From Batkoa obscura (lineage: Eukaryota), in NCBI GenBank assembly GCA_030770535.1, contig JASVEC010000136.1:1-44074 (forward strand): a stretch of 44,074 nt of DNA. Reading direction: 5' to 3'. Each line of letters begins with the position of its first letter. Within the stretch, counting starts at the first letter, position 1. The translations under genes were made by a program, and so were the position numbers. The notes beneath the pieces were generated by a model, which was not told where the DNA came from, searched no databases, and worked only from the letters and a program-made list of their open reading frames with translations. Positions 12,682 through 24,004 of the stretch are shown in pieces.

Positions 12682-13536
12682 TTAATAATGTTTAAAATGT
12701 TTTGTTAAAAAATGTTGACTAGCAGTAAGGAGATCATTAACTCTTTTGAAGATTTTATGATCTTGAAAGTCACCTCTTGCTGCTGCAAACCCATGAACTT
12801 GATCAGTGAAATCATGAAGTTCACTTTTAGATTTTACATCTGATGGAATTAAGTCAAAAAATGGAATCTAATAGAGTGAAGATTAAAAACAAAATAAACT
12901 TGACTATTAAAATAGCTTACAATATCTTTTTCTTGTTTAGTAGGAGCTAATAAAATAGGATGCTTTAAATTTTTGAAGTTTTGTTCTGTTAACATAGGAG
13001 GATGAGCAGCAATACCAGCTACAAATTGATTACTATTCAATGCATCAAATAGCATTAATCCACCCCAACAGAATCCGATCAAAGCATATTGATTATTAGG
13101 AGTAGATTTGTTAAAGTGATTGATTAATAAAGTTAAGTCTTTTGATACTCTATTCTCATAGCCATTCTCTACAGTTGCCCAATCAATCATTTCTTGCATA
13201 CTAAAATCAATGTTAGTATAAACATATTAGATAAATCAATAAGTAATAATATAATTACTATGTAACTGGCAATTCGTGTGGAGGCCATGGCTTTCCATGA
13301 AAGAAATCTGGGACAATGATTTGATATCCAGTTAATTTACATAAAATATCAGAGAACTGAAAGTTGTTGGTATGATAACCTAGGATATCATAAAGTAATA
13401 TAACCTTTTTATCACTATTTCCAATAGTATAATAATCTAAATCATCTACTTTAGAAAAGGAACCCTGAATCTGATAATCTCCTGGGTTGACTATAACAGC
13501 CGGAGTGGAGCAACATTCTTTGGGTATAACTAACAT
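12682..13536 (-). CDS. Dienelactone hydrolase-family protein, copy 2 (2 introns)
   Basis: ATG at 13536 (MLVIPKECCSTP), YDILG, PDFF, GFCWGG, HGF; same 855-bp span and near-identical introns to copy 1, inverted. Confidence 0.88.
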
Positions 13537-14416
13537 GCTTTTTTTAAGTTTGATCAGTATTATAATGAGGTTTATATACTCTTTTAGACTTTTTTTTATC
13601 AAGCTTCAACTTTATCATATTTTACTCAAGAACAGTATTAAAAAGTTGGTTTTTTATTCTTTAAAAATAGAATTTATATCCCTTGAAATTAGAAAATATA
13701 TAATATAAAATTAATATTATTAGCTTATAATAATAAAACTAAATTAGAAAGTGGGCAACAGTTTATATATATTTCTAATTGTGTTGCTGAAATTTTTAAT
13801 TTTTATAGTTATAAATCTTGATAAAATGTTTGATTAATTATTAAACTATATTGAATTAAAATAAAAGATACGTTAATAATGTTACTTGATCAATATTAAA
13901 TAAAATGCGTATTACTCAATTTATTACCGTTTGTAGTTGTTAAATATTAAATATTAAATATACCTTTAATATAAACTATTATATAAAAATAATCTCATCA
14001 TGAGGTCTAATAACAAGATTGGTTTCTAGCTATTATTAGATTTTAGCGATCTTTACCCGATAACGTTTATGAATTTTTCAAAATCTTTATTTGAATAAGC
14101 CGATGAATTGACTATTCTCTTGATCAAAAAAGTTTAACAGGTAAAAACCAAGTAGATTACTTTCCCTTTATCTCCCTCTCTCCCGTGATTATATGGGACT
14201 CTATCTGGAGAACAGTAGTAAGATAGATCCCATTTCATCCTCCTAATTCTTCCAAAGATAGAAAAGTATTGGACTCGAATCTTACCTTACTAGGCAGTTC
14301 CATTCAATGACGTTGGTCTTTAATTTTACTGACTTAAGTATTTTTTATTTTCATTAATAAAACACTTAGGATTTCGGCCCCTCAAGGACAAAATAACAAC
14401 AATAACAATAACACAT

Positions 14417-14512
14417 GGAGGTGTTTTTTTTTGTTTCATTACTTTTTCTATTTTCAAGCACTATTTGAGGAGAAATTGTTAATAAAATCGTTAAGCAAAA
14501 AAATACATCCCC
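14417..14512 (-). mobile_element. ~98-bp MITE copy (reverse)
   Basis: ACAT|GGAGGTG...GTTTCATTACTTTTTC...ATACATCCCC|ATAT. Confidence 0.85.
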
Positions 14513-14674
14513 ATATAAAACTAAATTGAAACAAATAATTATGTTTGAATTCTAAAAATTTTATCAATACAGAAACAAATCATGATGCTAGCTGCTTTAT
14601 TTTCAAATTATATTTCTTTTAATTCCTTAAAATGTAGACCAACAACCCAATTATTACTAAGTAATATTAACACT

Positions 14675-15514
14675 TTATTTAAAATATTTTGTTAAAAAAT
14701 GTTGACTAGCAGTAAGGAGATCATTAACTCTTTTAAAGTTTTCGCTATTTTGGAAGTCACCTCTTGCTGCTGCAAACCCATGGACTTGATCAGTGAAATC
14801 ATGAAGTTCACTTTTAGATTTTACATCTGATGGAATTAAGTCAAAAAATGGAATCTAATAGAGTGAAGATTAAAAACAAAATAAACTTGACTATTAAAAT
14901 AGCTTACAATATCTTTTTCTTGTTCAGTAGGAGCTAATAAAATAGGATACTTTAAATCTTTGAAGTTTTGTTCTGTTAACATAGAAGGATGAGTAGCAAT
15001 ACCAGCTACAAATTGATTACTATTCAATGCATCAAATAGCATTAATCCACCCCAACAGAATCCGATCAAAGCATATTGATTATTAGGAGTAGATTTGTTA
15101 AAGTGATTGATTAATAAAGTTAAGTCTTTTGATACTCTATTCTCATAGCCATTCTCTACTCCTGCCCAGTTAATAAGTTTTTGAATACTACAATACATAA
15201 AATAAGGTTGAATTAATTGGGATAAATAAAACTTACTCTTTAGGTGGTAAATCACTTCCAGGCCATGGCTTTCCACGAAAGAAATCTGGGACAATGATTT
15301 GATATCCAGTTAATTTACATAAAATATCAGAGAACTGAAAGTTGTTGGTATGATAACCTAGGATATCATAAAGTAATATAACCTTTTTATCACTATTTCC
15401 AATAGTATAATAATCTAAATCATCTACTTTAGAAAAGGAACCCTGAATCTGATAATCTCCTGGGTTGACTATAACAGCTGGAGTGGAGCAACATTCTTTA
15501 GATATGGTTGACAT
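14675..15514 (-). CDS. Dienelactone hydrolase-family protein, copy 3 (2 introns)
   Basis: MSTISKECCSTP..., GFCWGG, HGF; intron 1 differs from copies 1 and 2, intron 2 looks identical; stop at 14675. Confidence 0.88.
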
Positions 15515-16551
15515 TTTTTTATAACAGTTTTTTTAAGTTAATGTTTGTACATTGATAGCTTTTATACTTTTAAAGTTTGATTTTTATTGGACTTAACTAT
15601 TTTGATTTTTTTTAAGAATAAAATTAGCTCTTTTGATGATGCATTCTAAATAAATTGCAATTGAAATTTTACTATTAGTAATCTAAACAAGTCATCAAAA
15701 GTATTGAATTAATAATAGTGTTGAAATTTGTTAATAATTTAATTATTATCAAATCTACCATTATTATTTATAAATAGTAGTGTTTATTTAATTCATTATA
15801 GTATTGGATTCAATATAAGAAATGTATTAATAATACTACCATACCAACTTTATAAAAAACGCGTATTAGTAAAGCTGTTTATATTTATAGATATTAATAA
15901 TAGTTATACTATGAATGCAACCTATTTCTTAAAAGTATTCCTACCATAAAAGGATGCAACACTTATAAATTTATTTATTACATTTTTAGCCAATAAATAT
16001 GAACTTATCAGCTTATTCAAATAAAGATTTTAAATTCATTATCTTTAATTAAAATGAAAATGAGTTTTAATGGGCAGAAAATGGTTATGTACCAAATTAA
16101 CATAATGCATGGGTTTAATAAATCTCAATCTTAAACTTAATGCCAAATTAATGAATGATTAATAGTATTGTAAAAAATTCATACTGACTTAGTTATTATA
16201 ACTAGGAATATGGTTTGTTTACTTTTATAAAACTTAATTTAAAAAAATTCATAAACGTTTTTAAGCTTTAGGTTCTTTTTGATCAAGAAGGTTTAATATA
16301 AATTTTATTTGTGTCTAATAATAACTCATTTTGTTTTTTATACATATAATATATACCAATAAAATAAATAATTGAATTCTTTAACTTATTGTTATTTATT
16401 TTTATTCTCTTATTAGTGTTAGTTTATAAACTTTATCTAAATAGGATCATCAAGTGATAAACCAAAAATTATATTTAGCCAAATATTAAAATTTCAACAT
16501 TCGTAGTTTTGTTTTTGAAGAAACAATTAGCAATATCAACTACTTTAAGAA

Positions 16552-17553
16552 ATGAATTACACTTTTATACTACTATTTTATTGCACTATTTTGGCTCTAC
16601 TCCAAAGCCAAAGGTTCCGTATTAATTCATTTCAAAACTATCCAACCATTATACCTCCAAGAGAATCGGATGATGCAGCCTATGAAACCAACTTAATAGA
16701 CAACTTAATGAACCTGACTGTCAATGCTGAAGATAATGAGATAACAAAAAGTGAACGTACCTTAATTATCTCGAAAATCAAAAAGACTACCGAAGAAGAA
16801 TCTAAAGACTATGTGATTTTTGCATCTTCTGTCTATTGTCCTAAAGAGCAAATAATAAATTGGTCCTGTTCACGGTGTCGTTTAAGAAGCGATATTACTC
16901 AAGCTATGGTATTTGAACATAAAAATACGGAGTCTCGAGCTTTTATCACCGTTGACCACAAAAATCGTAATGTAATTATTGCCTTTCGTGGTAGTGCCAA
17001 TTTAAAAAATTGGTTACAAAATGTCAAGATACTTAAAAGTGAATTGCTTCCTGATAATCCAGAAGTACAAGTACATCTTGGTTTTAAACAATGTATGGGT
17101 GCTTTAAGGCCAAATTATTTACCTGTAATTTCTAACTTGTTAAAAACTTACCCGAATTACCATTTAATTGTTACTGGTCACTCTTTAGGTGGTGCAGTAG
17201 CCTCACTAGCAGCAGCAGATCTTTATTTTACTTTAAAACTACCTTCTGAAAGAGTAAAATTATTCACTTATGGTGAACCTCGAGTAGGTAATAATGAATT
17301 TGCTAAATGGTATGATTTATTGCCCTATTATTCTTCAAGGGTAGTGAATAAAAATGATATTGTACCACGATTACCACCTAGATTATTAGGGTTTTCTCAT
17401 CGTAACAATGAGATCTGGTTGACAAAATCAGGATCACAGCAGTGCTCTTCCCTAGCATTAGAAGATTCAAAATGTTCATTGTCTGTCAATTCTTTTCTCT
17501 CAGTTACAGATCATATGAAATATTGGGATACACAAATGGGACATAAATGCTAG
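16552..17553 (+). CDS. Secreted class-3 (Rhizomucor-type) lipase 1, intronless
   Basis: Hydrophobic N-terminus; AFRGS, VHLGF, GHSLGG, GEPRVGN, DIVP, DH..Y. Confidence 0.93.
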   Translation: MNYTFILLFYCTILALLQSQRFRINSFQNYPTIIPPRESDDAAYETNLIDNLMNLTVNAEDNEITKSERTLIISKIKKTTEEESKDYVIFASSVYCPKEQIINWSCSRCRLRSDITQAMVFEHKNTESRAFITVDHKNRNVIIAFRGSANLKNWLQNVKILKSELLPDNPEVQVHLGFKQCMGALRPNYLPVISNLLKTYPNYHLIVTGHSLGGAVASLAAADLYFTLKLPSERVKLFTYGEPRVGNNEFAKWYDLLPYYSSRVVNKNDIVPRLPPRLLGFSHRNNEIWLTKSGSQQCSSLALEDSKCSLSVNSFLSVTDHMKYWDTQMGHKC

Positions 17554-17886
17554 AACTGGGTGAATTTGGAGCTAAAAGTAGATTGTAGAGTTTTAGACAA
17601 AAAGGTTGAATTAACCTTACTGCGAGCTTATCCATTTTAAATGTAGCATTTAAATAGTTAGTAGTGATTAAATTTTTAATTGATAAATTTTGAGTCTTTT
17701 TTAAAATTAGTATTTATTAAGTAGAATAAGTGAAACTAGGTACATCATTTATGAAGTTTTACATGGTAATAACTTATTTTTATTATGGTGTTTATATTTT
17801 TTGAAAGTAAATAGCTTTTTTAAAAAAGTCTCTAAGGTTTCTGATGGTTTTTGAATTCAAAACTTACTGTTAAAAAAACTCGATAT

Positions 17887-17983
17887 GGGGATATATTTGT
17901 GTTCAAGAATTTTACCAATAAATTTTCCGCTCAAATAGCGCTTAAAAGGTGGAAAAAGTAATGAAATCGAAAAGATTATCCCC
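17887..17983 (+). mobile_element. ~98-bp MITE copy
   Basis: ATAT|GGGGATAT...CTCAAATAGCGCTTAAAAGGTGGAAAAAGTAATGAAATC...ATCCCC|ATAT. Confidence 0.88.
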
Positions 17984-18154
17984 ATATAGTGATTTTTATA
18001 TCAAGTATTAATAAAAAATGTACTTCATTAAATACAAATATTTATTTATAACAAATAACACCTTTTTAATATATACAAGTTCTAAAAATTTTAATGTTTT
18101 TAACTTAAAATTATAAACTATTTTTTGAAAAATATAGCTTAAAATTTTTAATAT

Positions 18155-20609
18155 GGGGTTGTCTGAATTAGTTTCATTATTTTATCCAATTTTTGAAAAA
18201 TTTTGTATTTTAAAAACTTCGCTTAAAATTCTATAAAATCACATCTTTTATTAAAACAAAAGTACCCAAACACAGTTCTAAATCATTCTATTATAGCTCA
18301 TACTGTAAGTTAGTTGAATTTCTACTAGATCTTAAATACATGTTCTTATAAAGCTTAATTGAGAAATATTTATTATCAACTGCTTTATAACCAACATCGT
18401 AGATTTATTATCAAATAAATAAACTACTTTAATGTTATAATTACATTATTAATATATTGCCAAGTTAATAAATAGCTGCATGGGAGGGAGTGGTCAGCCC
18501 CAAAACTATAATTAACCATCCCTATATAGTACAAGTAATAATAGTTTTTACATATTATTACAGTTACTTGTTCTTTGACTATTTATTAACTTAGCTATTA
18601 ATAACTTAAGTAATCCTAACATTTAACAATCTATTTCTATCATTCAACAAACTACTTACTTGCTTAGTAAATATCGAAATTTTCAAATTCTCTGTTATCT
18701 TCGTAAGGTAAGCTGGGATCGATCTTTTAATTTTTCTGTTTTCTATAGACTCTATAACTTTAATTGGGACTATATCGCTTTTTTTTGATGTATCAGATAC
18801 TGGATAACAATGTAGTTTATTGTTATGTTTAATAAAGTGTAAATACTTCTTAATGCCCTGCATCTCTATTATTCTTTTTGTATTTTTGTTTCTTTTATAC
18901 TTTTTAAAAATTATATCTGTTTTCCCATTATTAACAGTCGAGTTATTAATTTTATTATGCTCGCAAATAAAAGCCTCAAATCTTGAAATTAATTGATCGA
19001 TATCTTCTATTTTACCTAACGCTTCAAAACTACTTTTCCATTTTGAAAGGTTTCCAAAATGTCCATCAACTATACTTTTTCCATGATGCTCAGCAAAAAA
19101 ATTAAGATTAACATTCAAACTACTATTTATTTTATGAATTTCTTTAAACATATAATGTAAGAACTCTTGGGATCTAAAATGATTTCCTGTATCTGCCCAT
19201 ATATTAATTTTTGTAAACTTTTTAAATAGAAGCTCTGTAGAGATTAAATCGATTAAACAATCTCCTGCATATGCTGAATCATGATTCAATATTTCAGATA
19301 AATAATCAAAGTAAACTTTGCCTATTGTTTTATCATCTTTTAAATATAATACACCAAAGCCTAATACTGATATAGCTTGTTTATTATAATGATCTAAATT
19401 TATTGAATCTGGTCTTGTCCCTATTTCCATATTTTGTTTAAAATCTAAAACTATTATACAACTTTTGTTATTTAATTTTTTGATAGTTTCATTAAATGTG
19501 TTTTTTTGAGTATCAACACAGAATTTATGTAATTTGTATAATTTTTCTTCTTCGTTGAAAATTTCTTGTATCTCTGCTTTGTTTTTTGCTGTATTTATTT
19601 TATTTTCAAATAACTTTTTTCTAACTGTATACTGGGTACATATATTACATAGATCCGTTTTTCTTGCTGGATTTTTGAAATTAGTTGGTATATATTTAAA
19701 GAACGTTGACCTGGCTACTGCTTTATCTCTTAGATCATTCAAATATTTACTATATATCATTCTTCTACTTTTATTTAATATATATATATTATCTGATGAA
19801 TATTTACTATCGTTATTTTTTTTATTAAATCTTGATGAAATAGTTGAATCATTTAGTAAATATTGTATGATAGTTTCAATTTGGTCATCTTTAATTTTTT
19901 TTGTATTTTTAATAATAGGTTTTAATGTTGATATTTTATTATTATTACTTGTTTTTGAATAATCATATTGATTTCTATTTATATTAAACCCAAAACTCTT
20001 ACATTCATCAAAAGAATATACTGAAGCTATAGTTGATAATAACGCTACTTGCTGACTTTTGTTTCCTGTTTCCCTTAAAGCACTAATTTTATACATTACT
20101 TGATTAAGTTTATTATTATCGATAGTAAACTTTGATAATATATCTTTTCTTTGTTTTGTTTTATTATAAAATTCCATGAACCTTGGGTTGTTATAAGTAG
20201 CTCTTAAAATTGATGTAAATGAATTACAATGTTTATATTGTGTACTCCTCCCTATTGTATTGAAGTTTTCAAAAATTCCATTTCGAAGTTTAGTTATGAA
20301 AGTTTGCATTTTATTTTTATTTCAACAAAAAATAAAGTCAAATAACTGTGTTTATATAATTATGTATTTATATAATTATATAATCATATAGTTATATATT
20401 ATATATCTGTTAAATATCTAACAGAACTAACATAAAATATATAGTTAGGAAAATTAGCTATTTAAGAAAAGGAAACAATTAAAATAAGTTTTAAATAGAG
20501 ACATTTAATTTTAGGCTTTTTAGATTTAACCGTTATATTGAACACAAACTTGGAATTTTAAATTTGGATTAATTTCTAAGTAGATTCTGAAACCAATTAG
20601 GACAGCCCC
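18155..20609 (-). mobile_element. Putative autonomous cut-and-paste DNA transposon, Sola-like (probably Sola2), 2455 bp, imperfect TIRs, ATAT TSD
   Basis: Left end ATAT|GGGGTTGTCTGAATTAGTTTCA; right end TGAAACCAATTAGGACAGCCCC|ATAT (reverse complement GGGGCTGTCCTAATTGGTTTCA); encloses one uninterrupted transposase-like ORF. Confidence 0.85.
18606..20309 (-). CDS. Transposase (DDD-type, Sola-like), 567 aa
   Basis: CxxC (DLCNIC)...H, then candidate catalytic motifs VLDFKQN, IWADTGNHF and FFAEHHGKSIVDGHFG; lies between TIRs; no introns or stops. Confidence 0.82.
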   Translation of the reverse strand: MQTFITKLRNGIFENFNTIGRSTQYKHCNSFTSILRATYNNPRFMEFYNKTKQRKDILSKFTIDNNKLNQVMYKISALRETGNKSQQVALLSTIASVYSFDECKSFGFNINRNQYDYSKTSNNNKISTLKPIIKNTKKIKDDQIETIIQYLLNDSTISSRFNKKNNDSKYSSDNIYILNKSRRMIYSKYLNDLRDKAVARSTFFKYIPTNFKNPARKTDLCNICTQYTVRKKLFENKINTAKNKAEIQEIFNEEEKLYKLHKFCVDTQKNTFNETIKKLNNKSCIIVLDFKQNMEIGTRPDSINLDHYNKQAISVLGFGVLYLKDDKTIGKVYFDYLSEILNHDSAYAGDCLIDLISTELLFKKFTKINIWADTGNHFRSQEFLHYMFKEIHKINSSLNVNLNFFAEHHGKSIVDGHFGNLSKWKSSFEALGKIEDIDQLISRFEAFICEHNKINNSTVNNGKTDIIFKKYKRNKNTKRIIEMQGIKKYLHFIKHNNKLHCYPVSDTSKKSDIVPIKVIESIENRKIKRSIPAYLTKITENLKISIFTKQVSSLLNDRNRLLNVRIT

Positions 20610-20854
20610 ATATGTTAATAAATAAAATAAAAGATATTTCATCTTAATATCATGTCATCCCATGTAAAGGATACAAAAAAATCAATCAGAAACTGATATA
20701 TTTATTTCATACACCTTTTTTTCTACTCTGCCTTTCCTAGTCTTAGTGGTTTTAATTTCTTTTGTACTCTTTAAATAGGATCTTCTGATGATAGTCGATT
20801 TTTAAAAAAATGAATACTAAAAAATAGTAACAATACTTTTTATTGAGTTTAAAA

Positions 20855-21856
20855 ATGAGCTATACTCTCAAACTATTATTTTATTTCTACTTATTACTAG
20901 CATATATTAAAAGTGTTGTTAGTAAATCATTTAGAGATGAAGCTACTATAGTAGCCGAAGAAGAATTTCTTGATACCTTGAGTTATGAATCCACTCTAAT
21001 AAATAATTTGATGAATTTAACAGTTAACGAAGAGGATAATAAATTAACCGAGAGAGAACGAACTCTAATAATATCCAAATTAAAGAAGATGGATGAACAA
21101 GAATCAAATAAATACGCCATTTTCGCATCAACTGCATATTGCCCTAAAGAATTATTGGCATCATGGACATGTTCACGTTGCCTCTTAAGAAATGACATAA
21201 AACAAGCAACTATATTTGAAGATAAAAGGACCGAAACAAGAACATTTATAACAATAGATGATAAAAATCAAGCGATAGTTATAGCTTTCCGTGGTAGTGC
21301 TAATTTAAAAAATTGGCTTCAAAATGTCAAGATACTTAGAACTCGTTTACTACCTGACAAACCTGATATCCAAGTCCATTTAGGATTTAAAGGATGTGCA
21401 GAAGCTTTAAGACCTTATTATTTACCCATTATTTCCAATTTATTAAAAATTTATCCAGATTACCATTTAGTCGTTACTGGTCATTCGTTGGGCGGCGCTA
21501 TTGCTACTTTAGCCGCCGCAGACATATTCCTTAGCTTAAGCTTGCCACCTGAAAGAATGAAGCTTTTCACTTATGGAGAGCCAAGGGTTGGTAACAATAA
21601 TTTCGCTAAATGGTATGATTCTTTCTCTTTTTATACATCAAGGGTGGTTAATAAATATGATATCGTACCTCGACTACCACCAAGGTTGTTGGGGTTTTCA
21701 CATCATAATAATGAGCTTTGGATAACTAAATCGGGGACAATACAATGTTCATCACTGACATTAGAAGATGCTAAATGTTCTGTTTCTGTTAATTCTTTAT
21801 TGTCTGTGGATGATCATCTTTCTTATTTTGATCTTCATATGGGTCGTGCATGTTAA
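20855..21856 (+). CDS. Secreted class-3 lipase 2, intronless (close paralog of lipase 1)
   Basis: First ATG at 20855 (the ORF track starts at TTG 20843); GHSLGG, GEPRVGN, DIVP, DHL. Confidence 0.93.
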   Translation: MSYTLKLLFYFYLLLAYIKSVVSKSFRDEATIVAEEEFLDTLSYESTLINNLMNLTVNEEDNKLTERERTLIISKLKKMDEQESNKYAIFASTAYCPKELLASWTCSRCLLRNDIKQATIFEDKRTETRTFITIDDKNQAIVIAFRGSANLKNWLQNVKILRTRLLPDKPDIQVHLGFKGCAEALRPYYLPIISNLLKIYPDYHLVVTGHSLGGAIATLAAADIFLSLSLPPERMKLFTYGEPRVGNNNFAKWYDSFSFYTSRVVNKYDIVPRLPPRLLGFSHHNNELWITKSGTIQCSSLTLEDAKCSVSVNSLLSVDDHLSYFDLHMGRAC

Positions 21857-21889
21857 TTTTAATTTTAATTATGATTAAAATGAATAAAT

Positions 21890-22075
21890 GGAAATGTATT
21901 AAGAATTTTACTAACAATCTTTTCGCTCAAATAGCACTTAAAAAATGGAAAAAGTGGGGATGGTTTTTTTGGTTTTATTATTTTTTCGACCTTTTAAGCA
22001 CTATTTGAGTAGAAACATTGTTAGTAAAATCCTTGAACAAAAAAATACATCCCCAAGTGATGAAATTAAAAAAGC
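21890..22075 (+). mobile_element. MITE copy (5'-eroded) interrupted by a second MITE
   Basis: AAGAATTTTACTAACAATC...TGGAAAAAGT [insert] GATGAAATTAAAAAA continues the family consensus after the insert. Confidence 0.8.
21956..22054 (-). mobile_element. Full-length MITE nested in another MITE, TSD AAGT
   Basis: AAGT|GGGGATGG...ATACATCCCC|AAGT. Confidence 0.92.
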
Positions 22076-22460
22076 CTTAAATAAAAAATAAAAAAGATTG
22101 AGTTTGCGTTTATGTAGATAACATTTAGTCTCTGAATAATTCAATTTTATTTAAAAACCTTAGAGTTCTTTATGTAAGTATTCATTTAAGTTAGTGTCTA
22201 GAAAGAGTTGAGTTATTTGACTACAGCTTTACCACTTTAAAATAAAAGTTAAGACTTTTTTGTTTTATTTGTCTTTAATTTTAAATCAACTGAGCCCCAT
22301 ATTAAAATCGTCAAAAAAAGTAAATCTTAAACTAAAATAAGTTCAAAACCAGATTAAATGACGATCATAAAAACAAAAACAACCATTTAGTTAGTATATA
22401 TTTTTAAACTAATATTTAGCTAAAAATTCATTTTGGGTTTGAATTTATCTAAATCTTAAA

Positions 22461-23576
22461 ATGCGTTCATTTCTCCTATTCATATTACTATTAGTATTAA
22501 CAATAAACATAGCCCCGATAGTGAGTGACAACAAATTTGGGTTAGGGCTGTTCTCTAAAATGTTTAAAACTGGGGTAGGAGCAACGCTTGGGATCACAGT
22601 TGGAAGTGCAAAAATGATTGGTAGTACTGTAAGACAAGCAGTAACCGTACCAGTTAAAATACTTAACACAACAGCAGGTGTATTGCTAAACCCACTTAGT
22701 TTTGCAGACAGAATGAAAGGGGATTTAAATTCCTTAGTACACGAATTTACAGATACAAAGCTAAAAATATTACCACTGCCTAAAAATAGTACGTTAAAAT
22801 TAGTCGAAGAAGATGATGCTAAAATGATATTTAACTATGCCGGTGCCTCGCTGTGCGGGGACACCAATTTAACGTATTGGAACTGTACATTTTGCTCGAG
22901 GATACCAACAGCTAAAGTATATGGCATTTATCTAGATCCAAGTACAGAAGGAAGAGCCATATCAGCGGTAGATACCACAAAAGGCATCATTGCACTTGCA
23001 TTTCGTGGTACCTCAAATATTCAAAATTGGCTACAAAATTCAAAATTCGTGCTAACTGAATTGTACCCAGGTAAGCCAGGAGTTGAAGTACACTCTGGGT
23101 TTAAATTAGTTACAGATAACTTATTTAGTTTATATAAAGAGGATCTAAAAACTCTACTAGAAGAATACCCAGATTATAAAGTAGTTGTTACTGGACATTC
23201 ATTAGGCGGTGCTATCTCTACCCTGTCGACAATTAAAGTTAAAGATGAATTTAATGTCAGCGATGATAAACTAATAAATGTAAGCTATGGTTCCCCAAGA
23301 GTAGGGAATTATGATTTTGCATACAAATATAATTATATGAAGCATAGCGCTTTAAGAGTTACCAATGCTAGAGACATTGTTCCTCACTTCCCTCCAAGGT
23401 CTATGAATTATGTTCACGTTTTAGCGGAGCTGTGGGTTAAAAATTCCAAATCAAAAGGCAAGTTATGTAACAATAAAATATTTGAGGATGGATTTTGTTC
23501 TATATCAGGGGAGCCTTACCTTTTAACTAAAGATCACCTTGCTTATTGGGAGTTGTCATTGACTGATATTTGTTAA
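22461..23576 (+). CDS. Secreted class-3 lipase 3, intronless
   Basis: Signal-peptide-like start; AFRGT, VHSGF, GHSLGG, GSPRVGN, DIVPH, DHL. Confidence 0.93.
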   Translation: MRSFLLFILLLVLTINIAPIVSDNKFGLGLFSKMFKTGVGATLGITVGSAKMIGSTVRQAVTVPVKILNTTAGVLLNPLSFADRMKGDLNSLVHEFTDTKLKILPLPKNSTLKLVEEDDAKMIFNYAGASLCGDTNLTYWNCTFCSRIPTAKVYGIYLDPSTEGRAISAVDTTKGIIALAFRGTSNIQNWLQNSKFVLTELYPGKPGVEVHSGFKLVTDNLFSLYKEDLKTLLEEYPDYKVVVTGHSLGGAISTLSTIKVKDEFNVSDDKLINVSYGSPRVGNYDFAYKYNYMKHSALRVTNARDIVPHFPPRSMNYVHVLAELWVKNSKSKGKLCNNKIFEDGFCSISGEPYLLTKDHLAYWELSLTDIC

Positions 23577-23760
23577 TCCTTATGTTATTTGTATTTATCA
23601 AATAAAGTTTCAAAATAAATAAACTTACATTGGTTACTTTTGTTTACTTTTAACGATTTTTCTTTATGATATTATTAAATTTCTTATCTAGCTGTTTAAC
23701 TTCAAATCCGAAGTGTTTCGTTTCCTCCAAATTTAATTTAAATGTGAATGGGCTTTATAT

Positions 23761-23859
23761 GGGGATGTATTTTTGTATTTAAGAATTTTACTAACAAATT
23801 TTCCACTCAAATAGTGCTTAAAAAATGGAAAAAATAATGAAGCCAAAAAAAACATCCCC
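23761..23859 (+). mobile_element. ~98-bp MITE, full-length copy
   Basis: ATAT|GGGGATGT...ACATCCCC|ATAT. Confidence 0.92.
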
Positions 23860-24004
23860 ATATTTTGTATTTGAATTCATTGTAATAATTTAAATTTTGC
23901 ATTTACAAAAAAAATGCTCATTGATGTTTTAATTAAATTTCAAGAAAACACTACACATTGAAGCTAAATAACTATCGTTTATTGTTAACATTTTATAAGT
24001 AACT

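Noticed and set aside
19534..19962. 142-aa hydrophobic ORF antisense to the transposase (likewise 10958..11167, 13487..13708, 20983..21198, 22445..22669, 26923..27123, 28065..28298, 31933..32166, 34259..34504, 34933..35124, 40352..40543)
   Set aside because: Shadow ORFs on the reverse strand of AT-rich coding sequence, many with non-ATG starts and no motifs.
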